NCBI RefSeq assembly: GCF_009914755.1
Contig: NC_060930.1
Direction: 5' to 3' (one strand)
Source: the human T2T-CHM13v2.0 reference genome, Homo sapiens
Length of the DNA stretch: 64,000 nucleotides
Below are positions 14,085 to 27,742 of the stretch, one piece after another (within the stretch, counting starts at the first letter, position 1; every line of letters begins with the position of its first letter). Made by a program: the position numbers and the translations under genes. The notes beneath the pieces were generated by a model. That model did no database searches, was not told the origin of the DNA, and saw nothing but the letters and a program-made list of their open reading frames with translations.

Positions 14085-14240
14085 TATATTCTCTCTTGGT
14101 ACTTTAAAACAAGTTTGTGAATAGCTATCATCATCACAGTTTTAGAAATGGAAATCCTGGGATATAGAGCTAAACTTATTTGTTCAGGTTTACACATCTA
14201 GAAAGCAACAAAATTATGACTATTTTAGTTTTGTCTAAAT
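14085..14240 (-). mobile_element. MIR SINE fragment
   Basis: Core-like 'cagttttagaaatggaaatcctggg...aacttatttgttcaggtttacacatctagaaag'. Confidence 0.55.
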
Positions 14241-14282
14241 CCAAAATTTATAGAAATTATCCTCAGAGTGCATTGATAAGCA

Positions 14283-14352
14283 ATATATATGCATAAATAT
14301 ATACACATAAATATATACACACACACACACACACACACATACATATATATAC
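14283..14352. repeat. (TA)n/(CA)n microsatellite
   Basis: Directly visible. Confidence 0.9.
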
Positions 14353-16353
14353 ATTCTCTCTCCTCCTCTCATGGTAATCTAAGAGGCATGCTGAGTACTT
14401 CTACTATCAGGGATCTGGGAGGCAGAAAGAGAAGTATAAAGAGAGGCAGGCAGTTGATTAAATATGAATAGCATGTATTCATTGATAATGACTATCAGAA
14501 ATTAGTTTCCTCACCCAGGTATCACCTCCCAGATATTCAGACTGCTCTTTGAAGCTCAGCTCAAACCAGGCAGAAAACTGAACTGAGAATTAGGAAATCA
14601 GAAAACAGGGGCCTTAGAAGGAATAACAGTAGTATAGTACACACTAAACTAAAGTCAACAATGGGGCAAAAAGTCAACGATTAGTGGGGATATGGGTTAC
14701 CTGTAGTCACGTCTACACACACACAGCATCAGGTGTGGAAGCAGTATAGTCTCATACACAACTCTGGAGTGCCTGATGTACTGCTACGAGACAGGATCTA
14801 TTAGCCCTAAGGTTGAGTGTGAACAAACCTATGGGTAATCTATAATTATCACAGTCATCTATGTGTGGTTGTGGCCTCTGCAGAATGTCATTTTCACATG
14901 AGGTACATGTTTTTACTCAAAGTATGCATTTACAAGATAGCTGCTTGAATGAACGTCTTAGTCCATCACCATTAAAGAGAGACAAACAGTAAATAAAATA
15001 TTTAAATCAATGTTATTGGTTGCATTAACACTATGATTCAATAAGGTAAGCCCACTAGGCACTGAAGAAAACGCTCTAGGTTTATAATGAAATTGCATGG
15101 TATTAAGAGAAAATTTAATAGCAGCTAATATAAACGCAAATAAATGCATTAAGTTAGATATATAAAACGAACATTTTCTGAAACGCTCAAACAGAATTAC
15201 AACTTCTTAACTTTCAGTTTTTTCTCAAATTCATTAAACTCAAAATTATTTTTTAGGTTGTTTTATGGAAGAGGCTTGTTGAACATAGTCAAAAGCCTTC
15301 CTTTTGATGAGATTGTATTCATTTCTAGATTAATGTCAGATAGATAACAGAATTTCTTATAAACACATTTTACCAAAAGTCAAAAAATCATGGCAATTAA
15401 TTTCATTTATTTGATCTTAAAAGTAAGATGTCTATCAAAGTTAAAAATGTGTCAACATATATTTATAAGTGAACAACTTCTAAATAATTAAAAATTACTT
15501 TGAGATAATTTTAATGGTTTTAGAAAAAATAAATATGCTTCTTCCTCAGATGCTTTCAGTTGTTGTATTCATAATTAAACAAGCAATGCTTAATATTCAC
15601 AGATGAAAAGCTGTCAGAAAATTATGCCATCAGAATTCCTGTAAACAAGGTACTTTTGTTAATTTCTAACTGATTGGGAAAGTAGCATTATTGAACCATA
15701 ATTGATTTCCTCTTTTCTATTTTGTGCAGCCCAGTGGTTGTCTTGTGTGGTGTGTTATTGTAAGATGATTGCTTAATTTGTGGAATCTAAACAGCCTATT
15801 GTATTCTAGTAGTCTCACATATTTATATGCCAGCATGCACTTTATGTTTGCAGTCAGGTTTAGAATTTTATGTCAACTATTATTTCATTATTTATGGTAA
15901 ACAAATTTCAAATTTGAGACATTAAGTATGATCAGAAATATTACAGTAGAAATTAAATAATGATTTATTTGTTAAACTATTTTTCTTAATCTATGCCCTG
16001 CAGTTCAATTGTCAATTGAGGAAGTTTTAGAACACAATAGCAAAATAGGAACTGCAGTAACAAAGCAAGATTGCCAAGAAGAAAAATGCTTTTTAAATTA
16101 TTCCTTTAAAAAAAAGTAAAGGTCAAAGGAGTGTGACCAGTATCTGATATTTAAATTAACCTAAGCCACTGAAGGTATTCATATGTATGTGAATGAAGTT
16201 CCAAATGTAGACTGGGTAAAAACTCCAAAGCAATAATCATGTTGGCTACAATAATGCATGCAAATCAAGGTAATTGGTATAGATAATAAATAATTGAGGA
16301 ATCAAATTTAGGTACATTTTCCACGGCCAGTAAAAACTAAGCATAAAGAACAT

Positions 16354-16756
16354 TAAAATAGTTTGGTTATTTGTCCCTGCCCAAATCTCATGTTGAATTG
16401 TAATCCTCAATGTTGGAGGTGGGGCCTGGTGGGAGGCGTTTTGATCATGCAGGCAGATCCCTCATGACTTGGTGCTGTCCTTGAAATAGTGAGTACTCAT
16501 GAGATCTGGTTGTTTTAATGTGTGGAACCTCCCCTCCCACTCCCTCTTGTTCCTGCTTTTGCCATGTGACATGCAAGCTCCTGCTTCACCCCTGCCATGA
16601 GCAAAAGCTTCATGCGTCCTCCCCAGAAGCCAAGCAGATGCCGGTACCATGTTTTCTGTTCAGCCTGCAGAACTGTAAGACAATTAATTCTCTTCTCTTT
16701 ATAAATTGCTCAGTCTCATGTATTTCTTTATAGCAATGCAAGAATAGCCTATTACA
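16354..16756 (+). mobile_element. MSTA/MSTB (ERVL-MaLR) solo LTR
   Basis: 'cccaaatctcatgttgaattgtaatc...ggaggtggggcctggtgggagg' through 'tttctttatagcaatgcaagaatagcctattaca'. Perfect 5-bp TSD aacat (16349-16353, 16757-16761). Confidence 0.92.
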
Positions 16757-16872
16757 AACATTAATTGATTTGATTACTAAAGCTGACAGAGTATTGTGCA
16801 TGAAATTGATCTCGATATCAAGAAGTCTGGTTTCTTATAAAAAGTGAATTTTATTTAATAGAAACATTGAGA

Positions 16873-17322
16873 GATGCAGTGTTCAATATGGTAATCAGTA
16901 GACACATGGTTGAACACTTGAAATGTTGATGCAAGAGGAACTGAATTTTTAATTTAAATTAACTTTAATTTAAATTTAAAAACTAATTCATTTGAGATAT
17001 TTAAAAACTTTTAAATATGGTTGACAACTTGATACATATAAATATCTATTTTCAACCTTCAGTTTCATGAAATGTAATTACAGATCAATTCCAATGAAAA
17101 GTTATCCAAATTAAGATGCCCTGTAAATATAAAATACATGTCAGATTTCAAAGACTAAGTTAGAAAAAAAGCATAATTATTTAAATACTGTTTTAATAGT
17201 GATAACATATTATATATTGTTAAACATATTATTCATATTAACTTTACTTATTTTTAATATAGCTCTTTAACAAATTAGAATTGCATATGTGGCTCGCGTA
17301 ATGTTTTTATTGGATAGCCTTG
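16873..17322. mobile_element. hAT-Charlie DNA transposon derivative (MER3/MER33 family)
   Basis: 'cagtgttcaatatggta...cacttgaaatgt...gaggaactgaattttt', 'gatttcaaagactaagt' and the terminal 'gtggctcgc...tattggatagc'. Confidence 0.75.
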
Positions 17323-18804
17323 AGAAAAAATCAAAATCTGCATTGACTTTACATGTATTACTAAGAATATGTTTTAGGACAATATACTCTAATTTACATA
17401 TATTTTCTCTATCTTCATACACATCTGCTTCCCACTTACCCCACCTCCCTTATTGTTTCCCAAAAATCAGAAATTCTGATGATGTAACCTCCCTTATTGT
17501 TTCTCAACAACCAGAAAATTTGATGGGGCTTGAAAGACAGAAGTGGGATAATAACAGAGAGAAAAATATCTTAGATTTTTCTTTTGTGTGGTATAATGGT
17601 GCATTTTTATTACTATCATTAATTAACCCAGAATGGCAAAGAGGAAAAGGATTTTTGAATTGGAACCAGTGAAGAGTCAAAGAAGAGGAGGAATGCAAAA
17701 ATTTTCAGGTGGAGAACTCTCTGTCTGTAAACTCTGTTCCCAATGACCACTACAAGATCCATGTTCCCTCCAAGAGAGCTGAGAAAACATCACTACATTC
17801 ATCATTCAGAACAGGGTGAGGGAAGGAGCCCTCGACAGAACACGCCCAGAGTTACAAGTTGTCCTCAGAGTAGTATTATTGCCATTAGGAAAAATTGGCC
17901 AACTGTGAGTACAGTGTGAATGATCTGGAAAGATAAAGAGAAAGGTAGTAACAATAACATAATTGTTTTCCTGGCCATGTAGGAGTTTGGCTGAAGTTGT
18001 CCTTAATGTGACTTTTTTAAGCCAATGCTTATTTCCATCAATTTTGGTTTCCTACTCAATTCTATTTTTATCAGATAAGATTAACTCCTATACATTTACT
18101 GAAATTATACAACTTTTACATCTTCTCTTTCATGGCTAAAGAATGAATCTAGGACTTATCTACTGATATTAGATATCATCATTTGGCATTGTCTCAATAT
18201 ACTGTGGCTCACTATGGGCAGCTCAAACACTATATTGCCTCTGCATCAGAGGCAATTTTGAATTGATTTGTTTGGGTTTGTTAGTCTCGAGGAATCTCAA
18301 GATATGATTTTTACCAAAATGAGTGTGGTTTCTTTCCAGCTGTTTGTTAATTTAAAAAAAAAGAAATGAAAATGAAAACTATTAGCTAAGTTCCTAACCT
18401 TTTAATAAATTGGCTAGAAACACAATGTGCTATTTCAAAACAATGATATTTTCTAATATTTCATAAGCACTAAATTTTGCATCTTTTTACATGTACTGAT
18501 GCCTTAGTCCCTCTTATGTTATTTGAATTTGATGAACAACCTGGTATCTTTATCTATGTTTAAAAATACATCTCTTCAGGGGAGAGCAAAAGACAAACAA
18601 AAATAATTCCCATTACAGTCTCAGCAGGTAGAAATGCTCTTACTCAAACCACAGACATTTCTTAAAGCAGGCCTCACAGCTGTAATCTTCAAATACTTTT
18701 ATTCTAATAGCAAGGCATAATGTGGTAATTTCAAATTTGCTTTATCATGACTGTTTTAAATGGTGAATACATATTTTTTCTAAGCAACAGTATATTATTG
18801 AAAT

Positions 18805-19025
18805 GAAAATAATATATGTGATCATTATGTGTCAGATACTGAAATGACCATTTTCTATATCTCAGTAGCCCCTTTTAACATTCCTTCTAGTAAATCACTA
18901 TGATTTCTACTTCCAAGGTGACAAAAGCAAGCTTAGTGGGGACCCATAGCTAACCTAAGGCAACAAAACAGGGACATGTTGGAGCCTAGAGTCTTCCAAG
19001 CCTCTGTTTCCAAACTCATGCCCTT
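18805..19025 (-). mobile_element. MIR fragment
   Basis: 'attatgtgtcagatactg...ggtgacaaaagcaagcttag...cctaaggcaac', a degenerate MIR in reverse orientation. Confidence 0.5.
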
Positions 19026-22000
19026 ACTTGTTCTGTTAGTCTAATTCTTGTAATGGCCATTATTTGATATTTTATTGTAAATTTACAACAAATACTTTGC
19101 TCTATTATATAAAATACTATCATTTGGAACTGAAACTTCTCAATATTATTTAAAGAAATCATTCAACAAACAGATTTTATTTTATCCTACACTATGTTCA
19201 CTAAAAAACTGAGAAATATAAATTCATTGATATGAATTTCACTTAAAGAGAATTTTGACAGCACAAACTTTCACATTGTTTTCTTTTTGATTGGCAATAT
19301 GAATTTAGTGCCCAAAGTACTGGTTATTTAAAAAAATGAGATTCATTGATTTTTAATCTACATTTTTCTATTCATCTTGAGATTACTAAACATGGGTCAC
19401 AATTTTAAGAACATCTAGGAAAATAAGACTTCTTGTAACAAGAACTGCTGAAAACCCTTTACTTCAATTTGACATTTTGTGCTCTTCTAAATGTATCCTA
19501 ATGCATGGTCATGCTACAAAATGACTATCATTAGGGCTGTCACAGGCCATGGCTGTGGGAATACCATGACTGATGCTAAGCTATCAGCACTGTCGGTGCA
19601 AGGTGTATTCTCAGTAATTTCTCAAACTGTCCATGGAACCAATTTCTACTGATCTCTAAGTCATAAAACTTTACAATTACCCTGAGTTCATTAATAATGT
19701 ATTACAGTTCTCATTCTCAATCACAATTTCATCAGATCCATGTCTCACAGGAAGGTTGACAAGTAAGCCACAAAATTATCCATATAAATGTCAAGATTTA
19801 TTTTCCTAACATAAATGATCTAACCTAGTCAAGCATAGTTAATAATAAAATCATTCTTTCTGAGATTACCATTCACCTGATTGCCATACCCATTTTGGCC
19901 TTATATCTCAACCTCTCTAATGGTGGAGGTTATGGATATAGTCCACATAAATAAACCAATTATTTATGAGTCATGTTCATTTCTATATTAAAAATACAAA
20001 ACCATGAATACTTATATTATTGCTTATTACTCCTCTGTAATAGGCACAAAACTAAATTGGTCAATTTATTCCATGACAATGAGGTAAGTACTAAAAGGGA
20101 AAAATATGTTAAAACAGTAATTTTAGTTACAGATATCTCAGGTTGCTGTTTTAGCAAAAATCATAACATACTCTACTTCAAATACAGAATCTCAGAATAT
20201 GTCCAAATGGGAAATTAAGTATTAAGGCACTGGCAAAATTATTGCATTGAAAATGAACAGAAACTTGCTTCTACATTGCATTTTTCCTACACTCTGTGCA
20301 TAAAAGTTTATTTTGATAATGAAGGATATATGTAATAAACAGTTTCTGAGTTCTTGAAGCTATTCCCCCCATTGTTACATTACTATCAGCCTGTTTTGAT
20401 ATATTATATTAATCATATCATAATTTTAAAATATATGATTTTTTCACTGATATATGAAATCTTAAGTAACATATTAAATAACTAATTACAGAAACATTTA
20501 TTAATCTAAGTAAATGCATGCAATGGACTGTAATTTATTTGCTTTGAGGCATTTTATAGAAGTAAACAGATAGATAAAAGAATGCAGATGGGGTTTCAGA
20601 AGCGGCATATTGATAGGCGAAATACTATACTATCTTTCAAGACTACAAGTGGAGAATGTTAATATATTCTGCCAAATTTTATATACTGTCCATCTTAAAA
20701 AAATCACATTGTTTAGAGTAGTTTCCCTCCTGAGAAAAAAACAAAGTTGGTGACACCACTTGACAGCTCCACTGAAGCAGGAAACATAATTGCATTCATT
20801 TATTCATTTTCTCAGTATTAGACTCACGAACCTTTAAAAGGGTGGGGTGGGGAGTCCTTCAATAGAAGTCCTTCAGTAGAACCAAGAAATCAGTATTCTA
20901 TGATTTACTACTTCATAAAGGTAAATAAGTCAGTGAATTAATCAAAAATTTAAACAGTGTATTTTTCTCTCAATTGGCTATACAACCTAGAATTTATATC
21001 TCCTAAAGGTAAATTGATAATATAAAAATCTATAGGTAGCATCCAACATTATGACTCTTTACATGACTGTAGAAGTTGTGATACATTTAGAATTATTGTT
21101 AGCAAAAGTCTATGTAATACAGCATATTTGTTTTGTTTCCTAGATAAATTGATTTATATTCAATGATTTGTCTGTAGCAGATAAAATAAAATACATAACT
21201 GATACCTCGAATATTATTTTGTTTTGATAACTGTTACTTTTTCAACCCTGTTTTCCTAATCATTATCTTTATTTCCTCCTATTAAGAATACTTTAATCTT
21301 ACTCATTTTCTGTCTGAACACTGAAATTCATCAATGAGAGTAAACATTGAACCAAAAAAATATTCCTTTTATTGAGACTGGTCTCTAAGTATGCTTTCTA
21401 TTAGAGTTTTAATTAAAATCACTTTCATAATATACTTTTTTATATTTGTATAATATATGATACTATATTTGATTTTCCTAGTATTAATCTGAAGGTGATA
21501 ATTTTATAATTTGCCAAATTTTTATATTACTCTAAGCCATAGGTTGACATGTATATTTCTCAGATATAAATGTTCATATGTACCAGAAATATTTTTAAAA
21601 GACATATTAGAATATATATATTTTTTAAATAAAATATGCTGAAAAATATTTTCATTTCTGAAACTTCATTTATCTTTGGCAAGAGTCAGTCAGTATCTCA
21701 TGATTAATTCAGGGCTGAACCCAAACGACGTTCAAATTAGCATGTCAGCAGAAGAAATAATAACACTATTTGATACTGGTCTTTTCCCTTAGAATCACTC
21801 AAAAGGTTCTCTAAGACAGCACACAGAGTCCTGGTTAACTTCTGAAAACATTCTTTTTCACTGTAAAGCCAGACTATTGTTAATGACAATTGCCATTAAT
21901 TTACTATGAACTTACATATAAGAATAAAGATTCTGACACTGCATTTTCCCCAAATACGATGAACAGTAGAAAATCAGTAGAAAATATTAGAGAAAAGCTA

Positions 22001-23109
22001 TACTTAGAATCCATGTAATCTTTAGATTGTTAAATATCTGTTTCACTCAAATTGCCAATTTAAATGTGGGCTTTCTTCTGAAACAGTAAATGCTACTCCA
22101 AGAAAGTAAAACCAGTAGTGAAATTTTATTCATTTTACTTTTTAAAATAAAAATAATATCTGCCCTAGAGCTTATTTTGTCAAAACATCTTCTTCACTGT
22201 CGTGTATCCTATGGTATGCCCTTCCTATTCTAAGTGTCAGAGACAAGGAACCAAATCAAATTCCTCATACCCCTGGAAATGTATCAGGTTTTTACTTCCC
22301 TACAATCATCTACAATTTAAATGCAAATTTAATTTTGTCAGCATTTCATGACATTGAACGTAGATAAATGTCTCACTATCTCAGTGAGTGTTATGAAAGT
22401 TTAAAAATATTCTTGAAATAAAGTTAGTGTTTTAGTTGGAAAAAACTATAGCATACAGCATGCTGAAACAGAAGAGGATGTGCAAGAAGTGTGTAGTAGC
22501 ATGGGCATCATTGTGGAGGAATAAGAAAGAGGGTGTGTTGCTGGGACAGTGAAACACCTCATCCTGCTGTCTAAATCTCAGGCTATATTCCTAAGGGAGA
22601 GCATCTGGGGGTTCTCCACTGATTGAATTGTTAGAATTCTGAGAATACTGGAATCAAATCTTAGAAAAAAACTGATTTTTAGTCTGGGAATCTAGGTCAT
22701 TAGATGTCTCAACTGGTGAACAGAAGAAAATTATAAATAAGAAATTATGAGTGATGAGTGAAGCCAGAAGTCATGACAAAGGTGAAGAGTAAAACTAAGA
22801 AGTACTGGAAAGTTAATGAGGCACCAGACATCTCAAACCTTTAATATTAATCTTTTAGTGAGGCTCAGCCAGAGCTTTCTTGCTTTTATGACAACATTCA
22901 ATCAGAGAGTAATCATATCTCACAGCATTTGTGATTGATCTGAAGTAAGGATCTCTATTTCTCAGTGTTCTTTCTCACTTAATTTTCTGTTTGGTTTTCC
23001 CTATGATTTCATATTTGAACCTCCTTTCAGTGGAAAGAACATCTGTAGTCCCATGAATTTTCTAATCTGAAAGGGCTACAGAAATGAACCATCACTGTGC
23101 TTCAAGCCA

Positions 23110-23240
23110 GCCAGAACAAGATTTATCACTTGCTTTGTGTGTGATCTTGAATAGGTGGCTTAAAATGAAATAATGCAATTCCCAGTTTCTGAAAGTATAA
23201 AAATTAAATAGGATAACTGAAATATGCCCAGAAAAATTCA
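23110..23240 (+). mobile_element. MIR fragment
   Basis: 'cacttgctttgtgtgtgatcttgaatagg...cccagtttctgaaagtataaaat'. Confidence 0.5.
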
Positions 23241-23761
23241 AGGTAACAGCATAGCTTAATCTCCCTCCCTTGATCTAAATTGTTTGATGACTTTTTTAAA
23301 AAAAATCTTCCAGAACACAACTCAGATATCTTAACTCAAAGTTCAAGGCTTTCCATAGTGTCTCATCCATCTGCCTTTCCAGGTCCACTTTTCTCTATTC
23401 CCTTTACGTAGCTTTTTGTTTAGTCAAATGGGACCATTTAGTTTATTTTTCTTTTGCTATGTCTGCCTTTGCTCTTGCTTCTTTCTCCAACTCTATACTT
23501 GCATAGTTATCCTTTCCTTCAAGGACCAGCTCAAATATTACTGCACTTCTATATTTCTCTCCCTTCCCTTCCCAAAATTAATCTCTCCCTTCTCTACGTC
23601 TATAAAAACATTTTTTTGTCTTCTGGAGTACCTGGCTTAATGTATCCTCACCTTCTCCTCTTTTTTTTTTTTTTTAAATCCTTCTCTATTGTCTCATTTC
23701 CTCTATAGTTTTAAATATGATAGTTTGAAATTAATAGATGATGGCAAAAAGAAGACTACAG

Positions 23762-23966
23762 TACATGGTGAAACCCCGTATCTACTAAAAATACAAAAAT
23801 TAGCTGGGCATAGTGGCACATGCCTATAATTCCACCTATTTGAGAGGCTGAGGCAGGAGAATTGCTGGAACCCATGAGGCTGTGGTTGTATTGAGCCGAG
23901 ATTGTGCCATTGCACTCCAGCCTAAGCGTCAGAGTGAGACTCCATCTCAAAAAAACTAAATAAAAA
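23762..23966 (+). mobile_element. 5'-truncated Alu (AluS-like)
   Basis: Begins at 'acatggtgaaacccc'. Perfect 16-bp TSD aaaaagaagactacag (23746-23761, 23967-23982). Confidence 0.95.
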
Positions 23967-24465
23967 AAAAAGAAGACTACAGCTTACATTTGTATCTTAG
24001 CCAAAGCAGCTTCTTTCTTCTAAGCTATGCTACTGCTGCATATGTTTGGTCAAAATTTTAGGCTTTCATGGTTTCTTTTTTCCTTTTTGGGGGGATGTGT
24101 ATAGCATAGATCACATATGGAAACAAACGCAAAACAGAAAATACAAATGGGAATGAAAAGGGAATGGAAGCAGAGATATTATTTCCAAAAGCTTAAAAGG
24201 AGAAATAAGGATTGAATTGTTTTAAACTGAAGAAAACATCATTTATATAGAAAGAGCAATTAGATTATGCGATACTGGTAAAACGAGTCAGTGGAATTAG
24301 TTCACAGAATTATGAATAAAAGGTCTGTCTGCATTATGTCTTCCTTAAATCTATTGTTTGTTAAATTTCCAATTATGTACATGAGCATAAACACACATAA
24401 ATACAGATATATATGTGTGTGGTGGTGTGTGTGTATATAAACATTTGTAAATATGTATATGTGGG

Positions 24466-24753
24466 TTTTTTTTTTTTAACGGAGTCTTGCTCTGTCGCCA
24501 GGCTGGAGTGCAGTGGCACGAACTCGGCTCACTGCACCTCCACCTCCCAGGTTCAAGTGATTCTCCTGCCTCAGCCCCCTGAGTAGCTGGGACTACAGGT
24601 GCGTCCCACAACACCCAGCTAATTTTTGTATTTTTAGTAGATATGGGGTTTCACCATGTTGGCCAGAACAGTCTCAATCTCTTGACCTCATAATCCACCT
24701 GCCTTGGCCTCCCAAAGTGCTGGGATTACAGGCATGAGCCACCGTACCCAGCC
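24466..24753 (-). mobile_element. Alu SINE, AluSc-like
   Basis: Reverse Alu with 'ctgtcgccaggctgg' (AluSc-type 1-nt deletion) and 'tcttgacctc'. Short atatgtg duplication on the flanks. Confidence 0.93.
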
Positions 24754-24849
24754 ATATGTGTTATTTTTTAACGCGGTAACATAATATCCAGGTTAGGATG
24801 TTTAAGGATGGATATGTGAAATGTGTTTTCCATCCTCTCACACACTAGA

Positions 24850-25195
24850 TCCCATATTTCACTTTAACAGGTATCATATTTCTCCCTTTTCATTATTGCA
24901 GATCATCCTGAAAGCTTCATCACCTTTGGTTTGGTTTATTTTCCATTATTCCACCAAAATGACTATTTTGTTTAGGCCATTGGTGCCCTCTTATTGCCAA
25001 ATCCGATGGGTATTTGAATATCTTTTCTTAGTTTTCCTGTGTGCAGCATTCAAAATTGTCAACAATTCCTTACTTCTTGAATTAGTTCCACACATTGGCT
25101 TTATGATACTACACAGCTGTGCATCTTACCTAACTGGCTCCTTCTTCTCATTCTTTTCACTCTTCCTCTTTCACCCACCTCATATTAATTGGAAG
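24850..25195 (+). mobile_element. L2 fragment
   Basis: 'attccaccaaaatgact...ttgccaaatccgatgg...gcagcattcaaaattgtcaac...ttggctttatgatac'. Explains ORF 24821..25231. Confidence 0.7.
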
Positions 25196-25448
25196 ACTCA
25201 GCTGAGTGGTATCAGATGTCAACACTCATAGCAGTTGAGTGAATGAGTGGTGTAGTCCTGAAGTGGAGAGATCTGAGCCATGGGCCAGAATACACACTAA
25301 ACCCCTCATGTCTATTAAGTGAGTACTAGGCACCAAAAGGAATATGTATATTTGCTTGAATAATAAATGACCTCTCATAGGCTTCCATTTGTGATTTTCT
25401 GATCACATTCTTCATATTCTATCATTCCATGCACATGTCTAAGCTCAA

Positions 25449-25825
25449 TGATATGGTTTGACTCTGTGTCCCCACACAAATCTCACTTTGAATTGTCATC
25501 CCCATAATCCACATGTGTTAAGGGTTGGACCAGGTGGAGGTAACTGAATAATTAGGACAGTTTTCCCCATGCCGTTCTCGTGATTATGGGGGAGTCTTGT
25601 GAGATCTGATGGTTTTATAAGAGTCAGGCATCTTCCCTGTTTGCACTCACTCCATACTCCTGTCCTGTGAAGAAGGCGTCTGCTTCTCCTTTGTCCTCTG
25701 CTATTTTAGTGAGTTTCCTGAGGTCTCCTACTAATCTGGAGCTGTGAGTCAATTAAACTTCTTTCCTTTGTAAATTACCCAGTCTCAAGTATTTCTTCAC
25801 AGCAGTGTGAGAATGGACTAATACA
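25449..25825 (+). mobile_element. THE1 5' LTR
   Basis: TG...CA termini and THE1 consensus motifs. Confidence 0.92.
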
Positions 25826-27301
25826 GTAAATCGGTACCACAGAGAGTGGGGTACTGCTATAAAGATACCCAGAAATGTGGAAGCAACTTTGGAACTGGGC
25901 AATAGGAAGAGGTTGGAACAGTTTGGAGGGGTCAAAAGAAGACAGGAAGATGTGGGAAAGTTTAGAACTTCCTAGAAACTTGTTGAATGGTTTTGACCAA
26001 AATGCTGATAGTGATATGCACAAGTTCATCCGTAAGTGGTCTCAGATGGAGATGAGGAACTTGCTGGAAAATAGATCAAAGGTCACTCATGCTATGCTTT
26101 AGCAAAGTTCCTGATGGCATTTTGCCCCTGCCCTAGAGACATGTAGAAGTTTAAACTTGAGAGAGATGATCTAGGTTATCTGGCAGAAGAAATTTCTAAG
26201 CAGCAAAGCATTCAAGAGGAAGCGGGGCATGAAAGTTCAGAAATTTTGCAGCCTGACCATGAGGTAGAAAAGAAAAACCCATTTTCTGGGGAGAAATTCA
26301 AGCCTGCTATAGAAATTTGCATAAGTAATAAGGAGCCCAATGATAATCACCAAGACAATGGGGTAACGTCTCCAGGGTGTGTCAGAGACCTTCATGGCAG
26401 CCCCTCCCATCACAGGTCTGGAGGGCTAGGAGGAAAAAATGGTTTCATGGGCCAGGCCCAGAGTCCCCCTTCTTTATGCAGCCTCCTGACATGGTGCCCT
26501 GAGTCCCAGCTGCTTCAGCTCCAGCTATGGCAAAAAAGGGCCAAGGTACATCTCGTGACATTGCTTCAGAGGGTGCAGGCCACAGGCTTTGGCAGTTTCC
26601 ACATGCTGTCGAGCCTGTGGGTGCACAGAAGTCAAGAACTGAGGTTTGGGAACCTCTACCTAGATATCAGGGGATGAATGGAAATGCCTAGATGTCCAGG
26701 CAGAAGTTTGCTGTAGGGCCAGGGTCCTCAGGGAGAACCTCTGTTAGGGCAGTGCAGAAGGGAAATGTGGGATTGGAACCCCCACACAGAGTCCCCACTG
26801 TGGCACTGCCTAGTGGACTTGTGACAACAGGGCAATTATCCTCCAGACCCCAGAATGGTAGATCCACCTATGACTAGCACCTTACACTTGAAAAAGCTGC
26901 AAACACTCAACATCAGCCTATGAAAGCATCCAGGAGAGGGTGCTGTGCCTGCAAAGCCACAGAAGTGGAGCTGCCCAAGGCTGTGGGAGCCCACCTCTTG
27001 CATCAGCATGACCTAGATGTAAGACAAGGGGTCAAAGGAGATAGTTTTGGAACTTAAAGGTTTAATGACTGCCCTATTAGATTTTGAACTTGCTTGAGGC
27101 CTGGAGCCCCTTTGTTTTGGCCAATTTCTCCCATTTGGAATGGGTGTATTTACCCGATGCTGGTATCCCCATTGTATCTAGGAAGTAACTAACTTGCTTT
27201 TGATATTACATGTTCATAAGTGGAAGGGACTTTGCTTGTCTCAAATAAGACTTTGGACTTTGACTTTTGAGTTAATGCTGCAATGAGCTAAGACTTTCAG
27301 A

Positions 27302-27593
27302 GGCCAGGCATAGTGGCTCATGCCTGTAATTCCAGCACTTCTTTGGGAGGCCAAGGCGGGAGAATCACTTGAGGTTAGGAGATTGAGATCAGCCCAGCCA
27401 ACATGACAAAACCCCATCTCTACTAAACAAATGCAAAAATTAGCCGGGTATGGTGGCATGCACCTGTAATCCCAGCTACTGGGTAGGTTGAGTGAGGGGA
27501 ATTGCTTGAATCTGGGATGCAGAGGTTGCAGTAAAGCTGAGATCACACCACTGCATTCTAGCCTGGGCAAGAAAGCAAAAAAAAAAAAAAAAA
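27302..27593 (+). mobile_element. Alu (older AluS/J-like) inserted in the THE1 internal region
   Basis: Full Alu body from ggccaggc. The host resumes at 'ctttgggggacagttgg' after the tail. Confidence 0.93.
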
Positions 27594-27615
27594 TTATATA
27601 TATATATAAATAAAT

Positions 27616-27657
<42 letters not shown>
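27594..27657. repeat. (TA)n(CA)n microsatellite grown from the Alu tail
   Basis: Directly visible. Confidence 0.92.
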
Positions 27658-27742
27658 TTTGGGGGACAGTTGGAAGGGCATAAGGCCATAATTCTGTTTT
27701 GAAATATGAGGACATGATATTTGGAAGTGGTCAGGGGCAGAA

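Larger units (their letters stand above)
25826..27742 (+). pseudogene. THE1 internal region with a frameshifted MaLR ORF remnant
   Basis: ORF pieces 25875-26102, 26246-26677 and 26692-26877 contain peptides typical of THE1-int ('GWNSLEGS.EDRKMWESLELPR', 'VEKKNPFSGEKFKPA', 'GNVGLEPPHRVPT'). Confidence 0.8.

Noticed and set aside
20078-20092. Strong isolated splice donor GAG|gtaagt (others near 44725 and 47420)
   Set aside because: No convincing paired acceptor or reading frame, and several such matches are expected by chance in 64 kb.
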